A stretch of DNA of 64,000 nt from a virus (taxonomy: Duplodnaviria; Caudoviricetes), in the IMG/VR virus record IMGVR_UViG_3300005805_000072, positions 1 to 64,000 of that record; one strand, 5' to 3'. The notes beneath the pieces are model-generated. The model saw only the letters and a list, made by a program, of their open reading frames with translations, ran no database searches and had not been told where the DNA came from. This document shows, piece by piece, positions 16,974 through 27,262 of the stretch. Each line of letters opens with the position of its first letter. Position 1 is the stretch's first letter. The translations under genes were made by a program, and so were the position numbers.

Positions 16974-18985
16974 TGCCAGTAAGCCTTCCGCTTCTATTCT
17001 CAGGAGGATCAGGTGCAGCCGAGGTTCCGACCCTTGCGCTGTCTGAGGAATCTCCACGAATAATCAAGAGGTTTGGTCCCAGCAATCTCATTGTGGATCA
17101 GGTTCCTGATTTCATAAACAGAGATCATGAGACATTCAGGAAATTCATTGAGGCATACTATGAATGGCTAGAGCAGATCCAGAACCCGTTTGGAGTGATA
17201 GATTCCTTCTCAGAAAACATGGACATAGATCAAACTATTGGATTGTTCTTAGTTGATTTCCGTGAGATGTATCTGAAGGATTTTCCATACCAACTGGCAG
17301 TTGATGTCGATGGAAATGTGGTCAGTGAGGCTAATTTCCTCAAGAATGCAAGGAGTTTCTATGGTGCTAAGGGAACTGAAAAGGCTTTTCGGTTTCTCTT
17401 TCGCCTGATATACAATGTCACCTCCGAAGTAGCCTATCCCGGCAAGAACATACTCAAATGCTCACATGGAAAATGGATAGAGCGAAAGTCGATAAAGACC
17501 ACAAGTGCTGGTGGAACTGGAAACTATGCTATTGAGGGAAGTCAAGTATATCAGATTGATCCCGTCAATGGAAATGTCACAGCATCGGCAGTAGCATCTC
17601 ATGTGATACAGTACGACAGGAACTACTACACAGTCACCGAGATATTCATCCGTGACCTAGTAGGAGAGTTTGATCGAAATCTTCCGCTGAAGTGCGATCT
17701 TTCCACCGGCACCATCAGCGAGACAATATACCCAGTCATAACAAGCATAGAAGTCATTGATGGGGGGTCGCTGTATCAGAAACACGATGATGTTGGCATA
17801 ACAACAGCAGACGAAGGGCTTGGTGCATCTGCGGTCATCAATGGTGTAAATCGTGATGGCAAAGTCCTTGAGATAGGCATACTTGATTCTGGTGTTGGGT
17901 ATACCAAGAATGCACAGGCAAGCATAACATCCAATACTGGGGATGGTTTGGTTGTCCTTAAGCCGGTCATAGGGGCAGTGACAAACTATGCGGGATTCTA
18001 TGAGAATAACGATGGAAAGTTGAGTTCAAACAAGAAACTGTTTGATGCCGACTATTATCAGGATTTTTCGTATGTGCTAAGAAGTGAGATTCATCTTGAC
18101 GAGTATAAGGAACTATACAAGAAACTTGTGCATCCGGCTGGTTTCAAGATGTTCGGTGAAGTCCTGCTCAGTAGGAAACTCGTAGAATCTCTGCCATTTC
18201 ATTCGGAGATGCAGAGGTATGAAAATGCATACATTGGACACTATACTCCGTATCGCATGGGAACGACTGCCGACTTGTATACAGTCTATCCAGCAGGATT
18301 CAACCCGCGCGGCGATACCTACAGCACATACCAAAACTATGGGCAAACGGGAGGAAAGTTGTTTGTCAAGCCTGTTGGCTTTACCTTCTTGGCATCATCA
18401 ACATGGCTGACTATAGGTGCAACTGGCGTGTGTGGGGATGGCATAACTGCCAGCGTGTTTGAGTTCAGATCTCTCAACAGCGGCGGAACCTATGGTGTTC
18501 TTCTTCTCAAGACCATAGACTTCAATACGGCTAGTGCAGGAGTAACGGGTGCAGGGTTCCTTGAAGGAGCAACATTCAGAATGTACTCGGACTCCGGTGT
18601 ATACAATGCTGTGATCGACCGTGTTCGCTTTGGAACAGGCATTGTTCCTGAGACAGGCGGATATACCCATGATGCACAGGGCAAGCCACTTGGCAAAACC
18701 CTCAGCGTCGAGGGATACATAGAAGCACAGGGATTTAGTTATGACTACTGGCGAGTCCACCACCACCCAAACATATGGGGTATCCGTGGCTTGACAGGCG
18801 TTTGGAACACTGGAACGGGAGCAGGGGCATCGTTTGGAGCGATGGCACTGAATCCTTTCTTCCGCCTCCCTGTAGGATACCATTTCCACTCCGATCCATA
18901 TGGAACATCATATGTCGGAACAACGGGAGATGGCAACGAGTATGGTCTAATCGAAAGCAATCAACTAACCTCACCGAACTTCTAA
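16973..18985 (+). CDS. gp7: baseplate wedge initiator
   Basis: QVPDFI...F..F..AYYEW...FY..KGTE..F.FLFRL.Y...YYQDFSYVLRSE...KLVHPAGFKMFGE. Confidence 0.8.
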   Translation: MPVSLPLLFSGGSGAAEVPTLALSEESPRIIKRFGPSNLIVDQVPDFINRDHETFRKFIEAYYEWLEQIQNPFGVIDSFSENMDIDQTIGLFLVDFREMYLKDFPYQLAVDVDGNVVSEANFLKNARSFYGAKGTEKAFRFLFRLIYNVTSEVAYPGKNILKCSHGKWIERKSIKTTSAGGTGNYAIEGSQVYQIDPVNGNVTASAVASHVIQYDRNYYTVTEIFIRDLVGEFDRNLPLKCDLSTGTISETIYPVITSIEVIDGGSLYQKHDDVGITTADEGLGASAVINGVNRDGKVLEIGILDSGVGYTKNAQASITSNTGDGLVVLKPVIGAVTNYAGFYENNDGKLSSNKKLFDADYYQDFSYVLRSEIHLDEYKELYKKLVHPAGFKMFGEVLLSRKLVESLPFHSEMQRYENAYIGHYTPYRMGTTADLYTVYPAGFNPRGDTYSTYQNYGQTGGKLFVKPVGFTFLASSTWLTIGATGVCGDGITASVFEFRSLNSGGTYGVLLLKTIDFNTASAGVTGAGFLEGATFRMYSDSGVYNAVIDRVRFGTGIVPETGGYTHDAQGKPLGKTLSVEGYIEAQGFSYDYWRVHHHPNIWGIRGLTGVWNTGTGAGASFGAMALNPFFRLPVGYHFHSDPYGTSYVGTTGDGNEYGLIESNQLTSPNF

Positions 18986-18986
18986 A

Positions 18987-21311
18987 ATGGCAAACACCGC
19001 TCTAAAGTCCATATTCAAGACAGACCTGATCGAATTGATCAAGGATGTTTTAACCGAAAGCAACCGCTACTATCTGTTTGTAAGCAGAGCAGAGCCATAT
19101 GAGAACGATCCCAATACAACGGCAGTGGAGAGTGACACGAATCCTCCATCCATACAGGAATCCTCGCGTCATGTCTATGACACGATGAGGCAGAGCATCT
19201 TCCTTAAGAGGATACAGAGAGACAACATCAAGTTGATTGTGCCGAGGATTGATTGGACATATGGAACAGTGTACACGGCATATTCCGAAACCACCGACAT
19301 GGGTGGCAAGGACTACTATGTGTTCACAACCGAGAACAACATCTACAAGTGCATGGGTGCGAACGGGGCATCGACGGTCATGCCAACAGGCAAATCGACC
19401 AGTGTGATAAAACTATCAGATGGATATAGTTGGAAGTACATCTACAGTGTCCCCGAGGACTATCTGGGACATCTGACTCTCGACTACATTCCAGTCTTTC
19501 TTGCTGGTGAGGAATATCCTGATCAGAAAGAAGTACAGAATGCTGCAAAACCAGCATCGATAGACTATGTCTCCATGAATTCGAGCCTAAGCCCGACATT
19601 CTCAAAGATATACAAGAGCGAAAGATTCTTCACAAAGAACAACACGATAGATGATCTTGGTCTGACATCAAACGCAGCAGGAAGCACGATAGTCACATTC
19701 AATTTTGCTGGTGAGGTGGATGATCCTGTCAATGGATATTGGAACAACTATGCCATTCATGTAACATCGGGACCAGGAATCGGTCAATACATGAGGATTG
19801 TTGATTTCAAGAAGGGCGGTAATGCTGGTGGGAGTTACTACTATGCCGAGGTATATCCCGCCCTTGACAGGAAAGTTACTGCTCTTTCGGAGGTATCAGA
19901 TCCATCGAATGCATCGAAGATGAAGATCGTTCCCTATGTCGTAATAGATGGGGATGGTGAAAATGGATCGATCATTCCGATCACATCGTTCTCCAAGAGG
20001 ATAGTGAACGCGGTGGTTGCAAATTCTGGCAGAAACTACACTGCCGCAAAGCCAAGAGTGGTCAGTGACTCTGGAAGTGCAAGCATAGGGTCTCAGATAA
20101 CAACATTCAATAATGCATTCACGGTCAGTCTATCCACCCCTCTTGGTCACGGCTACAGTGCCATAAAGGAATTCAATCCTGCAAGCCTGATGATAGTCAC
20201 GGAACTGGATGGAACCGAAGATGGCAAGATGTCGGTTAGAAATGATTACAGGCAGTTTGGGTTGATAAAAAACCCATACTTGTATGGTGGTATGACTCTT
20301 GCTGGAGACGATCAGGAGTTTTCTCTGATGGCTAAGGTCATCAAGCAGCCATCAAAGGGTGTGACCTACACTTTCTCCACATTTGCCACAGACAACTACA
20401 TCATGGGCAAGGAAACAAGGGCAACTGCAAGAATCGTTGGAAGCGAAAAACTTCCTGGCTCAAGGTTCTATCGTTTGTTCCTTTCTGATGTTGTCGGAGA
20501 CTTCAGATTCTCGGATGATGCATCAAGCAAGTCCCGTGTTTACTTTGGAAGCACATTCACTGCTCCATTTGGAACAGGAGATGTTGCAAGACAGTATCAA
20601 AATCAGGTTGGTGCAACTCTTTCTGCATACGGAACAATATCGTCATACGATCTTTATGACAAGAGTTTGGTCATTGATACCACCTATGGTTCATTTACAT
20701 CTGGCAAGGGCATTTATTTCGGAACCATTTCGGGATACACGCTCGAATCATCTCAAATAGTCAATATAGACGAAGAGTTTGGCGAACAACTCTTGCAGGT
20801 GTCATTTGGGGGAGTAAGTGGAAGCGAGTTCCTTACATTTGGCGAGGATGAGATATTCGGACGAATGGCATCAACAGAACTCATACCAACGGTGACAAAA
20901 GATGCTGGTGAATATGACTTGACCACAAAAGTAACGATAGTGGCTGCAAGCCAGATGTCAGACGGAGTTCTTGCATCAAACTCAGCCGCAGATGGAACTA
21001 TCTTGCAGACTGACAGCGATAGCCTTAGAAAAGTCACAGGAGACATCATCGACTTCAAGGTTCCTGGTGGATTGGGATTTACCGGAACTCTCTACATGAC
21101 AAACGTGAAGGGACAGTTCAACTCAACCGATCCCCTCAAGTTTACTCCATATGGATCTACGGCAGAGAACTCGCTTGTTGTCACCATAGATTCAATCACC
21201 AATCCAGACATAAAGGTGGGATCTGGACAAGTGTTATACATAGAAAATGTACGACCTATACAGAGAAATATCGAGCAATCCGAAGAGTTCAAGATTGTGA
21301 TCGGTTTCTAG
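18987..21311 (+). CDS. gp8: baseplate wedge subunit (extended)
   Basis: YYLFV.R..P...PRIDWTYGTVY..Y...YYVFT..NNIYKC...DGYSWKYIY...NDYRQFGLIKNP...G.VLYIEN.RPI.R...Q.EEFKIVIGF. Confidence 0.88.
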   Translation: MANTALKSIFKTDLIELIKDVLTESNRYYLFVSRAEPYENDPNTTAVESDTNPPSIQESSRHVYDTMRQSIFLKRIQRDNIKLIVPRIDWTYGTVYTAYSETTDMGGKDYYVFTTENNIYKCMGANGASTVMPTGKSTSVIKLSDGYSWKYIYSVPEDYLGHLTLDYIPVFLAGEEYPDQKEVQNAAKPASIDYVSMNSSLSPTFSKIYKSERFFTKNNTIDDLGLTSNAAGSTIVTFNFAGEVDDPVNGYWNNYAIHVTSGPGIGQYMRIVDFKKGGNAGGSYYYAEVYPALDRKVTALSEVSDPSNASKMKIVPYVVIDGDGENGSIIPITSFSKRIVNAVVANSGRNYTAAKPRVVSDSGSASIGSQITTFNNAFTVSLSTPLGHGYSAIKEFNPASLMIVTELDGTEDGKMSVRNDYRQFGLIKNPYLYGGMTLAGDDQEFSLMAKVIKQPSKGVTYTFSTFATDNYIMGKETRATARIVGSEKLPGSRFYRLFLSDVVGDFRFSDDASSKSRVYFGSTFTAPFGTGDVARQYQNQVGATLSAYGTISSYDLYDKSLVIDTTYGSFTSGKGIYFGTISGYTLESSQIVNIDEEFGEQLLQVSFGGVSGSEFLTFGEDEIFGRMASTELIPTVTKDAGEYDLTTKVTIVAASQMSDGVLASNSAADGTILQTDSDSLRKVTGDIIDFKVPGGLGFTGTLYMTNVKGQFNSTDPLKFTPYGSTAENSLVVTIDSITNPDIKVGSGQVLYIENVRPIQRNIEQSEEFKIVIGF

Positions 21312-21323
21312 GAGCAATAGTAG

Positions 21324-24300
21324 ATGCCTTCTTACGATCCGAACCTGTTCAATGTAAATCCATACTACGACGACTTCAATGAGGACAAGAAGTTCCTCCG
21401 CATGTTGTTCCGTCCCGGCTATTCTGTGCAATCTCGCGAACTTACGCAGTTGCAGACGATCTTGCAGAATCAAATAGAGCGTTTTGGAAACAACATCTTC
21501 AAGGATGGAAGTGTAATCATCGGTGGTCAGATCACCACACAGACCTTGAATTTTGTCAGATTGCTTCCACAGACCATCGCAACTGCCAATTCCCCGAAGG
21601 TCGAGAGTCTTTCCGCAGGAGACTTGATCGGATACAACATCATTCAGAGGAACGCAACCGGTGATTCGCTGGCGAAGGCTAAGATTGTCAATGTGCTTCC
21701 TTCATATAGCGATTCAGATGACTATGTCATTGCTGTGATCAGTTATATGTCTGGCAATCAGTTCTCTGCTGGTGTCACAGCCGAGTGCGACAATCCCGAT
21801 AAATTCTTCGTTGTTCAGACTGCTCCTAGCAGCACGACTGTTCCGCATAGGGGAAGTTGCAAAACCGTGGCAGTTGCCGAAGGCGTCTACTATGTGGATG
21901 GCTTTTTCGTCAAGACGGACAATCAACTTCAGGCAGCATATACGATAAGCAACGAAGTACGACAGTTCAATCAGCCAACGGGGTCGATGGGTTTTGCCGT
22001 CAAATCCATAATAGTCTCCGAGAAGGAAGATTACACTCTTAAGGATCCTGCCAGTGGTAGTTACAACTACAATGCTCCTGGTTCCCACAGATTCAAGATA
22101 GAACTTGAACTGACTTTCTCTGAACTTGCCGAGCAACAGGATTTTGTTGAACTTGTTCGTTATGCCGCAGGAGAGGTCATAAAGAAGTTCGATCAGACCC
22201 AATATCCCGAACTAGTAAAGTTGTTCGCACAGAGGACATATGACGAGAGAGGCAACTACATCGTCAAGCCTTTCTCAATTTCCATGCGAGAGAAAGATGA
22301 CACTACGCTGATTGCTGAATTGGGGTCGGGCAAGGCATATGTCTTTGGACATGAATATGAATCTGTGTTTAGGGATCAAATAGAAGTACCCAAGGCAAGA
22401 TCTACTGCTGAGTATCAGGACATAGCCATACAGAATAGTTTCGAGAACTATGTCGTTGGCAAGTATAGAACTCAGGTTAACAACAATGGCACAGGTCCAT
22501 ACAACACCAGAATACTCCCTCTTCTGAATGGAAATGATGGAACAGAGCCAATCCTTGTATACGGCATAAAGTCAAATGTTCCTCTTGCGAACTATCGTTC
22601 AACTGGATTCTCTGGTGCGATTTTCTCCGCTCGTCTTCATCGAATGGAATTTGCAAATTCATCCATCAACGACACTGCGTATGGTGGTGCTGCCAGCAGT
22701 GGAGTGACAGGAACCGATATGAAGGCTTATCTGTCTGATATACAGGTGTATCAGTCGGGCATAACTGGAACCGCAAATCAATTCGTAAACCTATTTGCAA
22801 TAGATCAAGTAACAGGCTTGTCCACAAGAGTTCTGTTCGATCTTGTTACTTTGCGTGATGTCGATCCTTCAAGTGATTTGATTCTTCCCAAGTTCAACAA
22901 TTTTGCAAATCAGCAGTTGATCTTCCCCTTGAATGGAAACACGCCAACCACACAGATAAAGGATGTGGAGCGTGTGTCTTATGTCTACACGGTCTACAGG
23001 CAGTTCTTTGCTGATGCAAGCAATGATTTCAAGCCATCGGTTGCAATCGACCTTCCTTCTGATTTCAAGTGGTGTACGGGAGAAGGATTCACTCCGGGAA
23101 GTCAGGGATTGGATGCAGAACTAACGATAGACGAGCAGGATGAATACTATCTTGTCTTCAATGCTACTGCTACTGGAGCCACCAATCAAACTTCGGGTGG
23201 AATATTTCCGGGAATGATTTGGAGAATACGGGGTGGGACTCCAATTGACAGGGTCGTTTCTGGATTCTCTTTCTCATATCCAACCGCAAAGATCACAGAT
23301 AATGGTGCATACATCAAGTTCACCAAAGCACTTGCTCCAGGTTCATATACGATCATTGGCAAGGCAAAGGCAAACAATCAATACATCGATCAGGATCCGA
23401 CCAATAAGATCAGAACAAAGACACTGACCTCGAAAACAGAGACTGTCACTAGTTCGATGAGTACCATTGACACCTACAAGAGGAAGATTCAGTATTCAAC
23501 CGATGCTTCCAACAGCATTGTTTCCCTGTACTTCAATTTGGACAATGCAGATGTGTTTTCAATAAACAGTATAACTGGCATAACAGGGCAGGACATACTG
23601 TATAAGTTTCAGTTTGATTCTGGTCAGAGAGACTCTGCATACCTTCTTGGTAGACTCTATGTTAAGCCAAAGTACATCAACGAATTCAAGACTAATGAGA
23701 CTTTCACATTCACGGTGAACTATTCTTGCTTCTCTCATGAAGGTTATGGTCCGTTTGTGAAGGAGTCCTACAACGGTATAACGTATGACAATATTCCTGT
23801 GTTTGTGAGTCCTACATCTGGAAAATCCATCAATCTTTCGAATGCAATCGACTTTAGACCCGTCGAGACCATTAGTGGCTTCCGCAACAATGGTTCAAGT
23901 GGTGCGGCAAGCAATATACCGATCATCGACTATGTCGGTGGATTCATTCCAAGCAACTACAGCATATCTACCGACTACATTGCATACTTGCCAAGAATAG
24001 ACAAGTTGGTTATCTCGCGGAACATTGCTGCTGATGGCGATACAAGCACACTTCGCAGAATTCCTGGAATCGCAAGCGATAGCCCACAGATTCCAGAGGA
24101 TCTGAATGAGTCCATGACTTTGTCGATTTTGAGCATACCAGCATACACGTTTAATCCAGATGATGTAAAGTCTGATTCAATCGGAAACAACAGGTTCACC
24201 ATGAAGGACATTGCCAGAATGTCCAAGAGAGTTGATGAACTTGAGCAACATGCTGTATTGAGCGATGTTGAATCGAATGTGATCTACAAGGATATACAGA

Positions 24301-27071
24301 CCTCTGAGGGAACCGATGCCATAAAGAGAGCGGTGCTTGTCGATACATTCGATGGTCATTCCATAGGAGATGTCCTCAACTCAGACTATAGATGCTCCAT
24401 AGACATCGAAAAGGGAGAATTGAAACCGTCTTTCGATTCAAATGCTTATGCTATGGAATATGTCGGTAGTGACAGTGGCATTACATTGACATTGGATAAC
24501 ATACTCTGCGAGTCATATGTTCGTCATGAGACTCCTGTGGTGGAGCAAAACAAGGCAAGCAGCACACTTAAGGTCAATCCATTCGGCTTCCCGAACTGGG
24601 TTGGAAACATGGTCATAAGACCGCATGGTGATTTCTGGTATGACAAGGACTATAGACCATCGATCAAGTCGAATGATTCCGGTGTGAATGATGCATGGGT
24701 TGCCGGAAAGATGGATGGCATCAATGGACACGGAAGCCAGTGGAACGATTGGGAAAGCCTATGGACAGGACTCTCGACAGAACTAACTGAAGCAGAGAGC
24801 AAGAAGAATGCAGAGTTCTTTGGAAAGAGTCGCGAGAAGGCTGTCGATAGTTCAAATGCCATTGAGAACAAGTGGTTCAACAAGTTGGGAATCTCTCGCG
24901 AGACCGATCTGGTGGATTCGATCAAGAACATCTATCAGACCGATTTCCGCAAGAAGGGATACTATGCCAATGTTTCCACCGACACGGTGATCAATACAAG
25001 CATTGTTCCCTACATGAGGGATGAGATCATCATCTTCAATGCATTCAACATGAAGCCAGGAACTCCTGTTCATGTCTTTGTTGACAATGTAAACATGAAT
25101 GATTTGTGCTATCGCATAGCGGTTGATGGAGATGCTGCGGGTGGAACCGTGTACATGCTCGGAACGACCTATGCGAATGGAGCCACTGGTTTCACGGGTC
25201 CGTTCGTGACCGATTCATTCAATGGATCACTTACGAATGTGGTGCTTGGAATACCGCGTGGTCTGTTTGAGGTGGGTGAAAAGATCATTCGCGTCATCGA
25301 TGATCCAAACAACGATGTCGAGAATGCCACTACTGTTGCAGAGGCAGTGTTCTACTGCGGAGGAATCAAACAGCAGAACACCCTTGATGTTCAGTCTATC
25401 CGCTCACCCGAGATAAGGAGACAGACTCCAAACAGCAACAAGGTAGTATCCACCCCTCTGTACAGGAAGAAGAACATCAACACCATCAAGTACAACAACT
25501 GGGTGGATCCGATGTCTCAGACCTTTGAGATCAGCGACGATCTCTATCCAAATGGAATGTATGCAGAAAGCGTTGATCTATACTTTGCATCTATAGATCC
25601 AGAGTTGCCCGTTACAATCAGCATATGCCCCGTGATAAACGGTCTGCCGCATACCTCCGTGGTTCTTCCTTTCAGCACAGTGGTCAAGAATCCTTATCAG
25701 TTGGTCTATGATCCAAGTACGCCAAAGGCTACTACATTCAAGTTTTCGACTCCGGTGTTCCTCGCACCCGGCGAATATGCCATCATGGTTCATACGAATA
25801 GCACAAGATATTCGGTGTTCGTTGCAAGCATTGGCGAAGTAGACATGGAAACTGACGAAAGAATCTCATCGACATTGTCGAAGGGTTCTCTCTTCAAGTC
25901 GCAGAATAATTCCGAGAGTTCTGGAGACAATAATACCGACTTGATGTTCAAGTTGTACAGATGTCAGTTCTCAACCAATGGAAATGGAATCAGAAACTTC
26001 TCCATACAAACCATTGAGGATGAAGACGCAGATCCGCTTAATGCTGTAGGAGTGCTTCAGCCAAACCTGTTCATGTTCACTCCAGAAGATGTGACTGTCA
26101 CTTCCTCGCAACTTGGCGTTCCTGGTAGGTCATATCCGTTCAACAACAGCAGAAATCTTTCGTTGATAGAGCCTCTTGAGGAAATCAGCGATACCTCATT
26201 GGTTACATACGACATATCCACAAAGAATACCAGCAATGGTGTCAATACTTTCATGGTTGATATGGATAGAACCAACTTGATTGCAATTTCATACATCATA
26301 ACCGATGGACAGAATAGCCGCACAGTTGAGGAAAACCCAAACGCATTTAGACCAAGAAGAAAGAAGGTCAAGCGAGGTGCATTTGGACTTGGTGGATTGC
26401 TTGTGGGTGCTGTACTTGGATTTGTTACTTTTGGTGCAGCACTGGCGGTTACAACCACCACATTTATTGTCGCTCCTATTATCAGTCCCCTCCCTGTTGC
26501 TATTTATGGAACTGCCTTCAATACTCTAGCCGCTGCAATAGGTGGAGTTGGAGGAGGTGTGGTTGGTGCTGGCTTGACCCGTAGAGGCAGAAAGAAATGG
26601 ACATATGGCAAGAAACTTCTTGTTCCAGACTACACCACCAATCCACTTGAGGAACAGTCCCTCATAAATGCCGAATCGGACAATACTGCAAGGTACATAA
26701 CCCGATCAGTGCAGATTCCCAATGGACTGAGGGCAAAGGAACTCAAGGTCTACTTTGATGCAAACATTCCAAATAGTGCATCTGTCAAGGTATATGCAAA
26801 GACTATTGATTCCACTCAGTTCTCCAAAGAGATTGAGGAAAACCCATATCAGTTGATGACTGAAGAAAACTTCAGTGCATTTGTCGGAGCAGTTCAGGAA
26901 AGTCAGACCAGTCAGGGATATTCCGTGAATGAGTATGACTACAGGGAAGCCGCATATTCGATTGTTCCCGATATCTCATTCAACACATTCGTTGTAAAGA
27001 TCGTCATGTATACCACAAACGAAACCAGGGTTCCCACCATCAAGAATCTCAGGATAGTGGCAGTTGAATGA
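21324..27071 (+). CDS. large baseplate/virion structural protein (DUF4815, VrlC-like)
   Basis: NVNPYYDDF...K.FLRMLFRPG.SVQ.RELTQLQTILQNQIERFG..IFKDGS N-terminus; RTYDE.GNY; DP..QTF; ARYIT; P.IKNLRIVA C-terminus. Confidence 0.9.
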   Translation: MPSYDPNLFNVNPYYDDFNEDKKFLRMLFRPGYSVQSRELTQLQTILQNQIERFGNNIFKDGSVIIGGQITTQTLNFVRLLPQTIATANSPKVESLSAGDLIGYNIIQRNATGDSLAKAKIVNVLPSYSDSDDYVIAVISYMSGNQFSAGVTAECDNPDKFFVVQTAPSSTTVPHRGSCKTVAVAEGVYYVDGFFVKTDNQLQAAYTISNEVRQFNQPTGSMGFAVKSIIVSEKEDYTLKDPASGSYNYNAPGSHRFKIELELTFSELAEQQDFVELVRYAAGEVIKKFDQTQYPELVKLFAQRTYDERGNYIVKPFSISMREKDDTTLIAELGSGKAYVFGHEYESVFRDQIEVPKARSTAEYQDIAIQNSFENYVVGKYRTQVNNNGTGPYNTRILPLLNGNDGTEPILVYGIKSNVPLANYRSTGFSGAIFSARLHRMEFANSSINDTAYGGAASSGVTGTDMKAYLSDIQVYQSGITGTANQFVNLFAIDQVTGLSTRVLFDLVTLRDVDPSSDLILPKFNNFANQQLIFPLNGNTPTTQIKDVERVSYVYTVYRQFFADASNDFKPSVAIDLPSDFKWCTGEGFTPGSQGLDAELTIDEQDEYYLVFNATATGATNQTSGGIFPGMIWRIRGGTPIDRVVSGFSFSYPTAKITDNGAYIKFTKALAPGSYTIIGKAKANNQYIDQDPTNKIRTKTLTSKTETVTSSMSTIDTYKRKIQYSTDASNSIVSLYFNLDNADVFSINSITGITGQDILYKFQFDSGQRDSAYLLGRLYVKPKYINEFKTNETFTFTVNYSCFSHEGYGPFVKESYNGITYDNIPVFVSPTSGKSINLSNAIDFRPVETISGFRNNGSSGAASNIPIIDYVGGFIPSNYSISTDYIAYLPRIDKLVISRNIAADGDTSTLRRIPGIASDSPQIPEDLNESMTLSILSIPAYTFNPDDVKSDSIGNNRFTMKDIARMSKRVDELEQHAVLSDVESNVIYKDIQTSEGTDAIKRAVLVDTFDGHSIGDVLNSDYRCSIDIEKGELKPSFDSNAYAMEYVGSDSGITLTLDNILCESYVRHETPVVEQNKASSTLKVNPFGFPNWVGNMVIRPHGDFWYDKDYRPSIKSNDSGVNDAWVAGKMDGINGHGSQWNDWESLWTGLSTELTEAESKKNAEFFGKSREKAVDSSNAIENKWFNKLGISRETDLVDSIKNIYQTDFRKKGYYANVSTDTVINTSIVPYMRDEIIIFNAFNMKPGTPVHVFVDNVNMNDLCYRIAVDGDAAGGTVYMLGTTYANGATGFTGPFVTDSFNGSLTNVVLGIPRGLFEVGEKIIRVIDDPNNDVENATTVAEAVFYCGGIKQQNTLDVQSIRSPEIRRQTPNSNKVVSTPLYRKKNINTIKYNNWVDPMSQTFEISDDLYPNGMYAESVDLYFASIDPELPVTISICPVINGLPHTSVVLPFSTVVKNPYQLVYDPSTPKATTFKFSTPVFLAPGEYAIMVHTNSTRYSVFVASIGEVDMETDERISSTLSKGSLFKSQNNSESSGDNNTDLMFKLYRCQFSTNGNGIRNFSIQTIEDEDADPLNAVGVLQPNLFMFTPEDVTVTSSQLGVPGRSYPFNNSRNLSLIEPLEEISDTSLVTYDISTKNTSNGVNTFMVDMDRTNLIAISYIITDGQNSRTVEENPNAFRPRRKKVKRGAFGLGGLLVGAVLGFVTFGAALAVTTTTFIVAPIISPLPVAIYGTAFNTLAAAIGGVGGGVVGAGLTRRGRKKWTYGKKLLVPDYTTNPLEEQSLINAESDNTARYITRSVQIPNGLRAKELKVYFDANIPNSASVKVYAKTIDSTQFSKEIEENPYQLMTEENFSAFVGAVQESQTSQGYSVNEYDYREAAYSIVPDISFNTFVVKIVMYTTNETRVPTIKNLRIVAVE

Positions 27072-27262
27072 TGAAGTATACCCGAGACAAATCCTCTGGC
27101 GCACTGATCATTCACAATCCCGAGAAGGAGAAGGAAATACTCTTTCGCAGGGGAGTGGATAAAGAACTAAAGGCTTTGAGGGAAGAGATAAATACATTGA
27201 AGAAGCAAGTACAGGAACTATTAGCAGAGAGAAACTCAGATGCCGACAGGTCCAGCCAATAG
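27068..27262 (+). CDS. small coiled-coil hypothetical protein
   Basis: Coupled by ATGA overlap; RD..SGALI motif and heptad C-terminus. Confidence 0.7.
   Translation: MMKYTRDKSSGALIIHNPEKEKEILFRRGVDKELKALREEINTLKKQVQELLAERNSDADRSSQ
27188..27194 (+). promoter_or_regulatory. candidate late promoter for the fibre genes
   Basis: ATAAATA 46 nt upstream of ATG 27240. Confidence 0.45.
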
